Shown: piece by piece, positions 9,494-19,309 of the stretch | Numbering within the stretch: the stretch's first letter is position 1 | Layout: the number at the start of each line of letters is the position of its first letter | Source of the DNA: Chamaesiphon sp. | GTDB lineage: Bacteria > Cyanobacteriota > Cyanobacteriia > Cyanobacteriales > Chamaesiphonaceae | Direction: 5' to 3' | DNA: 64,000 nt | Assembly: GCA_965246715.1 (NCBI GenBank) | Contig: CBDFFH010000047.1 | Location: forward strand, 142,684-206,683 | Made by a program: the position numbers and the translations under genes | Notes under the pieces: model-generated | What the model saw: only the letters and a program-made list of their open reading frames with translations | The model's database searches: none | What the model was told of the DNA's origin: nothing

Positions 9494-10567
9494 ATGTCTA
9501 TCAAAAAACAACTCTCGATCGGTCTCCTCATCTTCGTACCCATCTCGATTGCTGCTAAATATTTACAGTGGGGGGATCTAGCTGTTTTTATTACCTCAGC
9601 GCTAGCGATCGTGCCTTTGGCGATATGGTTGAGTACCGCAACAGAAGAAGTAGCTGTCGTGACAGGATCGGCGGTCGGCGGGCTGTTAAATGCCGTGTTT
9701 GGCAATGCCACCGAATTAATCATCGGCTTGGTAGCACTCAAAGCTGGCTTGATCGATATTGTCAAGGCGAGTATCACTGGCACGATTATCAGCAACCTCC
9801 TCTTGGCGATGGGGCTGTCGATGTTTTTGGGCGGATTGAAGTATAAAGAACAAGAATTCAAACCGATCGTGGCGCAAGTGAGCGGTTCTTCGATGACCTT
9901 AGCGGTAATTGCGATTTTATTACCGACGATGGCTTTTTATGCAGCGAATAAATCTGATGCATTTGCGATCGAAAAACTCTCGATCGCGGTCGCTATCATC
10001 TTAATTATCGTCTATGCCTTGACCTTGCTATTTTCGCTCAAGACGCACAGTTATCTATACGATGTCAGTTTGGTAGATTTAGAAGTCGAAACCACCCGCC
10101 ACCGACCGGATTTGCGCCTGTGGTTATCGATTTTGGTCGTGTCTACCCTGGCAGTTGCCTATGAGTCAGAAATGTTTGTTAGTGTGGTGGAGTCAGCAAC
10201 CAAAGGACTTGGTTTGACTCCACTCTTTACCGGAGTCATTTTATTACCGCTTGTCGGTGGCGCGGCAGAATATGTCACAGCAGTAGGGGTAGCGATGAAA
10301 AATAACATGGATCTTTCTGTCTCGGTAGCGATGGGTTCGAGCTTGCTCGTCGCGCTACTCATGGCACCCCTACTAGTTTTGGTGGGATACGCGATCGGTC
10401 AACCGATGGATCTCAATTTCAATCCCTTTGAAATCGTTGCAGTAGCAGTATCGGTCATCGTTGCTAATTTAATCAGCTTGGACGGTCGATCGAATTGGCT
10501 CGAAGGGGCATTATTACTGGCAACTTATCTGATCTTAGGTGCGGCTTTCTACTTTCTCCCGATCTAA
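9494..10567 (+). CDS. cax: Ca2+/H+ antiporter (CAX/ChaA family)
   Basis: GLLNAVFGNATE and GGAAEY alpha-repeat motifs; start at ATG 9494. Confidence 0.93.
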   Translation: MSIKKQLSIGLLIFVPISIAAKYLQWGDLAVFITSALAIVPLAIWLSTATEEVAVVTGSAVGGLLNAVFGNATELIIGLVALKAGLIDIVKASITGTIISNLLLAMGLSMFLGGLKYKEQEFKPIVAQVSGSSMTLAVIAILLPTMAFYAANKSDAFAIEKLSIAVAIILIIVYALTLLFSLKTHSYLYDVSLVDLEVETTRHRPDLRLWLSILVVSTLAVAYESEMFVSVVESATKGLGLTPLFTGVILLPLVGGAAEYVTAVGVAMKNNMDLSVSVAMGSSLLVALLMAPLLVLVGYAIGQPMDLNFNPFEIVAVAVSVIVANLISLDGRSNWLEGALLLATYLILGAAFYFLPI

Positions 10568-11473
10568 ACTGATTCGATCCTTACTACCAATTTTTTAATT
10601 ACCTGCACATTTTGATTTACATAGATGGAAAGAGTCATGCGTGCTACTCAAATCGTGTGCTCAGCTCCACTTCTGTCGGCGGTGTGTCGTCTCTAAGTAT
10701 TAACGATAATTTGTTCCAAATAGCCGCTACATCTCGATTATGTCTTCAAACCTTGAGGGTTTTTAGCGCAGGAATTAGCATAGTAGCATTAAGGAAAAAT
10801 GAATAGATTCGCTCGAGCTAGGGATTGTAGATATTTAAAATCGATTGAAATAAAAAGCTTTGTAAATTATCGATCGACCGTTACTGAGTAAAAATCGATA
10901 CAAATAAAACTGTTGGTTGCGATCTGTAAACCCATTTTTGCTTTTTGCTTCAATCTGACTTTTATTAATATTTTCAGCCAAAAGTTTCAATACTTTAAAG
11001 TAAACTGCTGTAAATATCATATCAATACGCCATTTTGCTGAATTTAATTCGACCGAGAATTTAAAGATTTAAAATTTTCTTACTTAACTATTGAAGTCGA
11101 TATGTTTTAAATTTTTGCTAACCGAATCTATCCGGCATAGTCGATCGAATTTGAATATCGCAACCTAAGTAAGTACGCTATTATGCTTAACTTAAATTTG
11201 ATGTTTCGGTATACATGTACAGGTTCACAATGATTTATGACTTGGTGTTATTGAACAACAAGTCATTTTACTGAATCCAAAGTTGGTTAAAACTGATATC
11301 CTGTAATAAATTTCTTGCAGGCATACTTACACTAAGCAAAAACTACGATAGCCAAAGTTTAAATCGTTGTAAAAAGTAACTGTGTCTACCTATTTATTAT
11401 CTATCAGCACCTTAGCTGTTGAGCTTCACACCACTCTGTTGGTTTCAGAATCCACTAAATTTTTCTTGATCTT

Positions 11474-12413
11474 ATGACTAATTTGTCAAACCATCCCAAA
11501 TCTTCTGTCGTATTGTCAAAGTATTTTAGCAACCTCTCGACAAAAGCTGTGGGGTTTGCAGTTACTTCTATTTCCTTTTGTTTGCTAGGTGCCACACCAT
11601 CCCAAGCAATTAATTTGTATGGTAACTCAGCATCTTTTGGCAATAACCCAATCTCTATTATCGATACTAACACTGGTCAAGAAAATACCAGATATATTGG
11701 ACAGCCATCTGGAAATGGGAGAGGTGTAGTTACTATTGGTAATACTATTTATTATACGGTAACTAACGACTCTAAAAATATACAAAAAAGATCTCGCTAC
11801 TGGGAATAACCTTGGTTTTATCCAAACTAGTAATACTAGTATGGCAACACTGGCTTGGGACGGTAACAATTTCTGGACGGCAGATTATTCAGGAACCAAC
11901 CGAGCTTTTCAGATCGATATCAATGGTAACAACATCAAGACCATTACCTTGGCTAATGCTTCGAGATATATGGATGGTCTTGAATACTACAATGGCAAGT
12001 TAATTGGAAATCGTGAAGATGGCGGTGGTATCTATGATGTTTACGATCTTAACGGTAACGTTTTACAAGCAGCTTTTCTGACTAATACCTCAGCTCGAAA
12101 TCGAGTTGGACTCTATTCGACGGGTATTGCTTACGATGGAAAGGATTTCTATGTGTCAAATCTCAATGAATCTTCTGTTGGGATTTTTGACGGGACAACT
12201 GGTGCGTTTAAGTCAACTTTAGCTTTGACACCTAAAGTCGCTGGCAATAGCTTCCTGATTGAAGATCTTTCTTTTGATTATGCTGCTCGTCAGGATACAG
12301 GTGGTGGAAGCAGCACAGCAGTTCCCGAACCTTTCACGATCGTCGGTACGATGATTGGTGGTACAGCCGCACTACGGATGAGAAAAAGACTCAAAGTTAC
12401 TAACAAACTGTAG
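11474..12413 (+). pseudogene. PEP-CTERM exported protein (probable beta-propeller) split by a 1-nt frameshift
   Basis: Signal peptide in ORF 11474-11809; VPEPFTIVGTMIGGTAALRMRKR in ORF 11841-12413; removing one A from 11774-11778 gives one 312-aa frame. Confidence 0.8.
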
Positions 12414-12439
12414 ATTCAAATAATTTATTAACTCGATCG

Positions 12440-12476
12440 AGTGCCAGATAGACATTAGTTTATCTGGCACTTTTTT
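12440..12476 (+). terminator. Rho-independent terminator
   Basis: AGTGCCAGATA..TATCTGGCACT followed by a T run. Confidence 0.8.
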
Positions 12477-12500
12477 ATTGGTTCGATCGAGCTAACTAAT

Positions 12501-12573
12501 TTATATTCCCGATGCAGTTAAAGATCGATCGAGCAGCTTAGAGATATTAATTACCAATAAAATTGTGTCTTAG
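12501..12573 (-). pseudogene. Internally deleted remnant of the 13242-13988 gene
   Basis: Matches 13242-13274 joined to 13760-13807 through a shared GATCGAG. Confidence 0.8.
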
Positions 12574-12599
12574 AGCGTATTTCAATCTGACCTATCATC

Positions 12600-13169
12600 T
12601 CACTCAAATTCAATATCCTCATAAATCTGTTCGATCGAAATTGACAAATCGATACTTTTTAGCTCAATCGTATCTCCCGACTGATAATTAATAATTTGCC
12701 AGTTATCCCCATCAGTTCTGCGAAATAGTTCGATCTCTATCGTATCCGCACTGACTAATACATATTCTTGCAAGCTAGGATTCCGGCGGTACATTTTAAA
12801 TTTATTACCTCGGTCATAAGCTTCAGTACCAGGAGATAAAACTTCGACAATTAAACAGGGGTAAGTAATATACTGAGTGGTAGTTTTATCTCGATCGTCG
12901 CAAGTGATACTCAGATCGGGATAGACAAATTTTGTAGACCCTACGATACCAACCCTACAGTCAGAATTCAGTGTTTTGCATCCACGTCCTCTCATGTGAG
13001 CCTTGAGCAGAGCACCAAAGTTCAGCGCAATAGCACCATGATTAATTGTGCCACCACTCATGGCATAAACTTCACCATCGATATATTCATGGCGCTCTAA
13101 TTGTTGTTCCTCCCAAGCAAAATATTCTTCAGGAGTGAATCGTCGAGAATTATCCTCGATCGCAACCAT
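12600..13169 (-). CDS. Uma2 (DUF820) family endonuclease
   Basis: TPEEYFAWE..RHEYIDGEVYAM, YPDL, LIVEVLSPGT, SLQEYVLV. Confidence 0.93.
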   Translation of the reverse strand: MVAIEDNSRRFTPEEYFAWEEQQLERHEYIDGEVYAMSGGTINHGAIALNFGALLKAHMRGRGCKTLNSDCRVGIVGSTKFVYPDLSITCDDRDKTTTQYITYPCLIVEVLSPGTEAYDRGNKFKMYRRNPSLQEYVLVSADTIEIELFRRTDGDNWQIINYQSGDTIELKSIDLSISIEQIYEDIEFE

Positions 13170-13241
13170 TTTAAAACCTCAAATTAACTTAGATTAGATA
13201 GTATATCGGTTCCTGTTTCCTGTTCTCGTGAAATACAAAAG

Positions 13242-13988
13242 TTATATTCCTGATGCAGTGAACGCTCGATCGAGATATGTAACGATGTCTAATTTCTCTG
13301 CCCATTGTCTGAGATAGTTGAAATCTAACTTCGATTGTTGGACTTTAATGACACCCAAAACATCCCGCCATTGTTTTTCCGATCGATCGCCCTGTCCCCA
13401 AACTAACTTTTGTAAGATGATATCTTCAGGACTATAGACCCAGATGCGATCGCCTGTTGGCAATTCAAAACTAATTCGTCGATCTAGCTTGGAGATCGAG
13501 AAGGTATCAGATTGTGAAACAAAGAGATCGATTTTTTCGGCACTAGCCAAACTAATGGCATTAAAAGAAGAATATCGACCCGAAACCGCATCAGCGATCC
13601 CCACTTCGCTAATATAAAATTGCGGCATTAACGCAGCAATTAGCTCTGGTACTCGATCGGGTAGAAGCACGATAACTAAATCTAAGTCTTCACTGTAACG
13701 CGGTTCGCCCCATAGAGAACTTGCCAGCGAACCGCCAACATAATAAGGAATATCACAGAGATCGAGCAGCTTAGAGATATTAATTGCTAGTGAAATTGGA
13801 TCTTCGACCATTTTTTTAATCGGACTTAATTCTCTAATACTGCGATCGAGCCGCTGCACCCGTAGTGCCTTTTGCTGTAGGGTTAATTGTTGTAGATGGT
13901 GAAAAAATAATACATCAGCATCGATACTGGTATCGATCGATTGCGCTCGATAACCACTCTTAACTGTTGTGACTGGAATAGCTGGCAT
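13242..13988 (-). CDS. Putative nucleotidyltransferase-fold protein with extra N-terminal domain
   Basis: IPYYVGGSLASSLWGEPRYSEDLDLV (GG/GS..DxD), SPEDIILQKL, SEKQWRDVLG. Confidence 0.75.
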   Translation of the reverse strand: MPAIPVTTVKSGYRAQSIDTSIDADVLFFHHLQQLTLQQKALRVQRLDRSIRELSPIKKMVEDPISLAINISKLLDLCDIPYYVGGSLASSLWGEPRYSEDLDLVIVLLPDRVPELIAALMPQFYISEVGIADAVSGRYSSFNAISLASAEKIDLFVSQSDTFSISKLDRRISFELPTGDRIWVYSPEDIILQKLVWGQGDRSEKQWRDVLGVIKVQQSKLDFNYLRQWAEKLDIVTYLDRAFTASGI

Positions 13989-14000
13989 AGGATCGAGATT

Positions 14001-15017
14001 TTAAGATATCTGATGACGTTGTAAAATTATCATCTCGCGTCCGACGACTGGCGATCTGGCGATCGATCTCCCCTGAGCATCTTGAATATCTAGCTTGCTA
14101 AAATTATTAGCCTTGGCTTGATTCCACATCCGATCGACGATATTATTCTGACGATCGGCATCGAGAGTATACCAAACCGGATCGAGCTGGACGATTAAGC
14201 GATCGCGGGCCAGATCGACTTGTAATGTCTGAACGATTTTATCTGGATACTGGCTGGTAATATCGGCGAGCTGAGTCTGAATTGCCTCGATAAACGCCTG
14301 CTCGGGACTAATTTGTGGCGCACTGGCAAGCTTGGGTGGGGCTGTGACGGATGTAGCTGGCACTGTGGCAACTGATGGATCGAATCCTGGCAACGCAAAA
14401 CTATCGATAAACCAGATCGTGACAGTTACCAATGCAATGACAATCGCTGTCAAGATCGGATCGGATAATTGGCGCACTGAGGCTGGGAGGATGCGGCGGA
14501 GTTGGTGGATTGTCGCCGTCCACAAACCCACAGCTCGATCCATTGGCGTAGTTGCAGCGATGCTGGAAGTAAGATTATCGCTACCTGAGAATGTCGGCTT
14601 CCGGAGATCTTCATCCCAAACATCTTCAGTTAGCGATCCGGATATTGGCTCTTTACCCCGGCGTGCTTCTTGGCGGTTGCTATTTTTTACCGTCGCGGCG
14701 GGTAATGCCTCATCCCAATTATCTGGATCGGGAGTTGTAAATGCTGACGGGGGTGCTACTGCTGGCACGATCTGTTGCGGACGTAAAATTGGGTTATTTT
14801 CATTTTCTAATTCCTCAGCATCAGCCCAATTAGTCTCTTCATCATCGTCATCGTAGCTGGCAGTACTGGAATAATCTGGTAGATCGATATCTTCTAATCG
14901 ATCGCGCTTATTATTACTACGATTATTGGGATTAGCAACTTCTGGCGCTGGAGTTTTCTTTGCAAACCGCCCAAATAATCCTTGCATGAGTTTACCTGTT
15001 CTCGATCGGGGTGCCAT
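14001..15017 (-). CDS. Hypothetical single-pass membrane protein
   Basis: 338 aa; acidic low-complexity N-terminus, one TM helix, C-terminal WYTL..ARSPVVGREMIILQR. Confidence 0.8.
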   Translation of the reverse strand: MAPRSRTGKLMQGLFGRFAKKTPAPEVANPNNRSNNKRDRLEDIDLPDYSSTASYDDDDEETNWADAEELENENNPILRPQQIVPAVAPPSAFTTPDPDNWDEALPAATVKNSNRQEARRGKEPISGSLTEDVWDEDLRKPTFSGSDNLTSSIAATTPMDRAVGLWTATIHQLRRILPASVRQLSDPILTAIVIALVTVTIWFIDSFALPGFDPSVATVPATSVTAPPKLASAPQISPEQAFIEAIQTQLADITSQYPDKIVQTLQVDLARDRLIVQLDPVWYTLDADRQNNIVDRMWNQAKANNFSKLDIQDAQGRSIARSPVVGREMIILQRHQIS

Positions 15018-15286
15018 AATTTAGATTGCTTGCACGAATCGCAAGTTTTTAAGAGTGTTTTGCCATACCACCATGTTGGAATTGAATTACCTTGGTTACC
15101 GATCTCGCAAAAGATCGAATGGCGCGATCGATCTACCTTGATGAGTGCGATCGAGAATAGTTACGATGTCTTTGCTTGACTGAGGAGATCTAACTCATTG
15201 GCCTTATGCAGTCGACCTCGATTATTTCAGCTCCATCTTAATCTATTATCTTTGCTAGGTCAGCCAATTACAAATCATCAAAATTT

Positions 15287-16207
15287 ATGAGTACTAACCG
15301 CCGTCGATTTTTGATTGGAGCTGGCTGCGCTGGCTTGGGTTTGGCTGGGGGTGGCAAACTGCTCTCCGATACCCTAGCTGCCAACCAGCTCGACGATCGA
15401 ATTGCCTCCGTCCCCGTACCGAAGACTAAATTACTCCAAAGATTTGCTGTTGTTGCCGATACGGGTAGCGGCGATATCCATCAATATGCCGTCGGCCGTG
15501 CTTTAGCTCGCTACCATCAAGCAAAGCCATTCGATACGGTGCTGTTAGCTGGAGATAATATCTACACTAACGGAGAATTTGCCAAGATTAAGGAGGCGTT
15601 TGCGATTCCTTATGAAGATCTCCTGCAGCGCGGGGTAAAGTTTTATGCCTGTTTGGGCAATCATGATGTGCGATCGGAAAATGGTGATCGCGAAGTCGCT
15701 TATCCACAGTTCAATATGCAGGGTAAACGTTACTATACCCACGGTAAAGGGGATGTCCGATTTTTTGTGTTAGAAACTAACTCGATCGTCGATCCTCGCT
15801 CGGCAGATCGCCAAACCCAACTAGCTTGGCTCGATCGCGAGTTAGGGGCGAGTAAAGCTAAGTGGAATATCGTCTATGGACATCATAATATTTATTCCGA
15901 TGGCCAGTATGGCATCAATGAAGTGATGCAACGTGATGTCACACCGATCCTCAAAAAACACCAAGTTAAATTGTGGATTAACGGACACGATCATAACTAT
16001 CAACGATCGCAGCCGATCGATGGCACGACTTATCTCGTATGTGGTGGTGGTGGTGCCAGCCTTTACAAAATCAAAACCAGTCAGATGGCATTTGCCCAAA
16101 GCGTCCACAGCTTCGGCATTGTCGAAGTCTATTCAGACCAAATCCTCTTGACTGGAGTAAATAGCAAAAGTGAAATAATCGATCGCGGCTTAATCAAATT
16201 TGCTTAA
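15287..16207 (+). CDS. Calcineurin-like metallophosphoesterase with Tat signal
   Basis: RRRFL twin-Arg; DTG, GDNIY, GNHD, GHH, GHDH motifs. Confidence 0.93.
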   Translation: MSTNRRRFLIGAGCAGLGLAGGGKLLSDTLAANQLDDRIASVPVPKTKLLQRFAVVADTGSGDIHQYAVGRALARYHQAKPFDTVLLAGDNIYTNGEFAKIKEAFAIPYEDLLQRGVKFYACLGNHDVRSENGDREVAYPQFNMQGKRYYTHGKGDVRFFVLETNSIVDPRSADRQTQLAWLDRELGASKAKWNIVYGHHNIYSDGQYGINEVMQRDVTPILKKHQVKLWINGHDHNYQRSQPIDGTTYLVCGGGGASLYKIKTSQMAFAQSVHSFGIVEVYSDQILLTGVNSKSEIIDRGLIKFA

Positions 16208-16372
16208 TCTCCTCACCCACAAACCACATCTCTGCGTTCTCCGTTCTCTCCGCGCTCTCTGCGAACAGCAAGAATACCCCCGATCGGCTACAATTATTCA
16301 TAGATATTTACAATTTTTTGTAAATCTCGATCGGCAGCAACAGATCGTACTAGAGTTCTAACTCCACAATTT

Positions 16373-18163
16373 ATGAGCATTCCCATTCGTAACGTAGCCA
16401 TCATCGCGCACGTAGACCACGGTAAAACTACCCTTGTTGATGCACTTTTGAAGCAATCCGGTATTTTCCGCGAAGGGGAGGACGTGCCTATTTGTGTGAT
16501 GGACTCCAATGACATCGAGCGCGAACGCGGAATTACCATTCTGTCCAAGAATACCGCTGTTAAGTACAAAGAATTTCTGATCAATATTATCGATACCCCC
16601 GGACACGCAGACTTCGGTGGTGAAGTCGAGCGTGTATTGGGAATGGTTGACGGTTGTATCCTGATCGTCGATGCCAATGAAGGCCCGATGCCGCAAACTC
16701 GGTTCGTACTGAAAAAAGCCCTGGAAAAAGGCTTACGTCCGATCGTCGTTGTTAATAAAATCGATCGACCTCAAGCCGAACCCCACAAAGCTGTCGATAA
16801 AGTTTTGGATCTATTTATGGAACTCGGAGCTGATGACGATCAGTGCGACTTCCCCTACCTGTTTGCCTCCGGTTTGGCTGGCTATTCCAAGAATACATTG
16901 GAAGAAGAAGGCACCGACATGGAAGCCATGTTCCAGGCGATTCTTCACCACGTTCCAGCTCCAGTCGGCGACCCTGAGAAGCCCTTGCAATTGCAAGTTA
17001 CGACCCTAGATTATTCTGAATATTTAGGTCGGATTATTATCGGAAAAATTCATAATGGCACCATCAACATGGGTCAGCAGGCTGCTCTGATTACGGAAGA
17101 TGGCACGATTACTAAAGGCCGAATCACTAAGCTGTTAGGCTTTGATGGCTTGAAACGGGTGGAAATCGAGAGTGCCAGCGCGGGAAATATCATTGCGATC
17201 GCTGGATTTGCGGACGCAAACATTGGTGAGACGATTACCTGTCCGAATACTCCGATGGCGCTACCGATGATCAAGGTAGACGAACCAACCCTTCAGATGA
17301 CCTTCTGTGTCAATGATTCTCCATTTGCCGGGACTGAAGGTAAGCTGGTAACTTCGCGCCAAGTCCGCGATCGATTATTCCGCGAGCTGGAAACTAACGT
17401 TGCCCTGCGGGTGGAAGAAACCGATGAAGCCGACAAATTTGCAGTAGCTGGACGCGGAGAGCTTCACCTCGGTATTCTGATTGAGAATATGCGCCGTGAA
17501 GGTTACGAATTCCAAGTTTCCCAGCCGCAAGTAATCTACCGTGAAGTCGGTGGGATCAAATGCGAACCATTTGAGTTAATGGTACTCGACGTACCAGAAG
17601 AATCAGTTGGTAGCTGTATCGAGCGTCTCGGTCAACGTAAAGGCGAAATGCAGGATATGGTCGTCGGTGGTAACGGTCGTTCCAACCTGGAATTTGTCGT
17701 TCCTGCTCGTGGCTTGATCGGTTTCCGAGGTGAATTCATGCGGATGACCCGTGGTGCGGGGATTATGAACCACAGTTTCCTCGAATATCGTCCGATCTGT
17801 GGCGATATCTCTGCTCGGCGCAATGGCGTACTGATCTCCTTTGAAGAAGGTACTGCTACCGACTACGCACTCATGGGTGCAGAAGATCGCGGTACGTTCT
17901 TTATCAAGCCTGGAACTAAGGTTTATAAAGGAATGGTCGTCGGCGAAAACAACCGTCCTCAAGATCTAGAGTTAAATATCTGTAAGAGCAAACAGTTAAC
18001 CAACCATCGTGCCTCAGGTGGTGAAGAATTAGTACAGCTCAAAGCACCGATCGATATGAACCTCGAACGCGCCCTAGAATACATCAGTGGTGACGAAATG
18101 GTTGAAGTGACACCGCTATCGATTCGGATCCGGAAGATCTCCAAAAAATTAGCTCGCCGTTAA
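16373..18163 (+). CDS. typA: Translational GTPase TypA/BipA
   Basis: [42 protein letters not shown]. Confidence 0.98.
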   Translation: MSIPIRNVAIIAHVDHGKTTLVDALLKQSGIFREGEDVPICVMDSNDIERERGITILSKNTAVKYKEFLINIIDTPGHADFGGEVERVLGMVDGCILIVDANEGPMPQTRFVLKKALEKGLRPIVVVNKIDRPQAEPHKAVDKVLDLFMELGADDDQCDFPYLFASGLAGYSKNTLEEEGTDMEAMFQAILHHVPAPVGDPEKPLQLQVTTLDYSEYLGRIIIGKIHNGTINMGQQAALITEDGTITKGRITKLLGFDGLKRVEIESASAGNIIAIAGFADANIGETITCPNTPMALPMIKVDEPTLQMTFCVNDSPFAGTEGKLVTSRQVRDRLFRELETNVALRVEETDEADKFAVAGRGELHLGILIENMRREGYEFQVSQPQVIYREVGGIKCEPFELMVLDVPEESVGSCIERLGQRKGEMQDMVVGGNGRSNLEFVVPARGLIGFRGEFMRMTRGAGIMNHSFLEYRPICGDISARRNGVLISFEEGTATDYALMGAEDRGTFFIKPGTKVYKGMVVGENNRPQDLELNICKSKQLTNHRASGGEELVQLKAPIDMNLERALEYISGDEMVEVTPLSIRIRKISKKLARR

Positions 18164-18190
18164 GTTAACGCTCGATTACATTAATTACTT

Positions 18191-18215
18191 AAGTCCGCAG
18201 GTGCGGACTTTTTTT
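18191..18215 (+). terminator. typA terminator (stem resembles one REP-like unit)
   Basis: AAGTCCGC-AGGT-GCGGACTT followed by T run. Confidence 0.75.
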
Positions 18216-18245
18216 GTGGATCGATTTACCCCCACCGATCTCTCG

Positions 18246-18674
18246 CTAGTCCGCCCAGTTTTGCAATCTTAATCCAGGAATCAGAGAAAAATCTTTGTGA
18301 TTGCGAGTTACCATAATTCCATCGTTAGCAAGCGCGATTGCCGCAATTCTTGTATCTTTTTCTAACCGCTTCTTTGCCAGTAGTTTATTCTCAGACAATA
18401 GATTTTGATGATGGATTTGAGCAGTTTCTGTGAAGTTGAGGATCGTAACTTTTTTGAATAATTCTGTGGTCTGCCAGAGCTTTGTATAAAGCCAGACTAG
18501 TTGATGTACTCGTGCTGGGTCATTAATCCTCCCTGCCCAACCATTGAAGATTTCTTGGACGGTAATAATCGTAATAGCAACATCAGGAAATTTGTCAGCT
18601 GCTCGATCTCTAATTTGTGAATTTCCCTCTACAAACAGGGAAACATGGTCGGTGTCTAGAATCCAAAGACTCAT
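18246..18674 (-). CDS. vapC: PIN-domain (VapC-type) toxin
   Basis: ILDTDHVS, TVQE, DTRIAAIAL, VTRNHKDF. Confidence 0.9.
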   Translation of the reverse strand: MSLWILDTDHVSLFVEGNSQIRDRAADKFPDVAITIITVQEIFNGWAGRINDPARVHQLVWLYTKLWQTTELFKKVTILNFTETAQIHHQNLLSENKLLAKKRLEKDTRIAAIALANDGIMVTRNHKDFSLIPGLRLQNWAD

Positions 18675-18677
18675 AAT

Positions 18678-18980
18678 TTAAGTTGCGTCTTCCGTTGAAA
18701 CTCGTTCGGATCTAATTGCTTGGGCAATTTCAGCAAAATCTGGATCGTCTTTGAAGATACCCGCAAACTCAATCCAGGGGTTATTCGGTTGTGGAGATGG
18801 AACTTGGATAGAGACAATCTTCGCAGTAGCCAACCGCTCTGTGAGCCTTGCTTGGACTTGACTAATGGCTTCCATATCGGTGATGGCGGTAACTTGACAA
18901 TCGGGAAGTTCCAGAACAGTAGCTGAAGATCGACCGTCAGCGGTATGTTCGAGTAAGATTTTATAAGTTGAAGCTACCAT
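18678..18980 (-). CDS. Putative antitoxin with HicB-like N-terminus
   Basis: ATVLELPDCQVTA..EAI; NPWIEFAGIFKDDPDF; ends 3 nt upstream of the PIN gene. Confidence 0.75.
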   Translation of the reverse strand: MVASTYKILLEHTADGRSSATVLELPDCQVTAITDMEAISQVQARLTERLATAKIVSIQVPSPQPNNPWIEFAGIFKDDPDFAEIAQAIRSERVSTEDAT

Positions 18981-19055
18981 AAGAACTTCGGTCTCCGATG
19001 AAATACTGGACAGATTTATATTTTACCTAAAATTGGTGGCTTCGGATTCAGGACG

Positions 19056-19205
19056 TTAAGTAAGGGGCTTAATGACTACGGATAGTCTTGCTTTCTCCCA
19101 ATTGCCAATGTGGTCTCCCGCCGATCTTCGATCCAATCGCTGTTGATAAATTTCGTAAGCTTTAATCTGTTGTAACTCTGGGGGTACCAATTTTTTCTGG
19201 TGCAT
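19056..19205 (-). CDS. Small ORF or gene remnant (49 aa), DUF2934-like motif
   Basis: Manual translation MHQKKLVPPELQQIKAYEIYQQRLDRRSAGDHIGNWEKARLSVVIKPLT. Confidence 0.35.
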   Translation of the reverse strand: MHQKKLVPPELQQIKAYEIYQQRLDRRSAGDHIGNWEKARLSVVIKPLT

Positions 19206-19309
19206 TTTTTATATTCTTTATCCCTACACTTTTAGTATTCCCTATCCAATGTCTAATAGTTCGTGTATACTGCTTAATCTATAGAGACCGGAATAGCGGA
19301 TGGTGAAAT

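Noticed and set aside
10612..11020. Two short ORFs in the AT-rich spacer
   Set aside because: No motifs or RBS; consistent with chance ORFs
14332..14856. Long antisense ORFs (also over typA, guaB, purH, LRR and pgi)
   Set aside because: Shadow frames opposite well-supported genes
16306..16325. ATTTACAA-N4-TTGTAAAT inverted repeat before typA
   Set aside because: Single AT-rich palindrome with no identifiable regulator; may be chance
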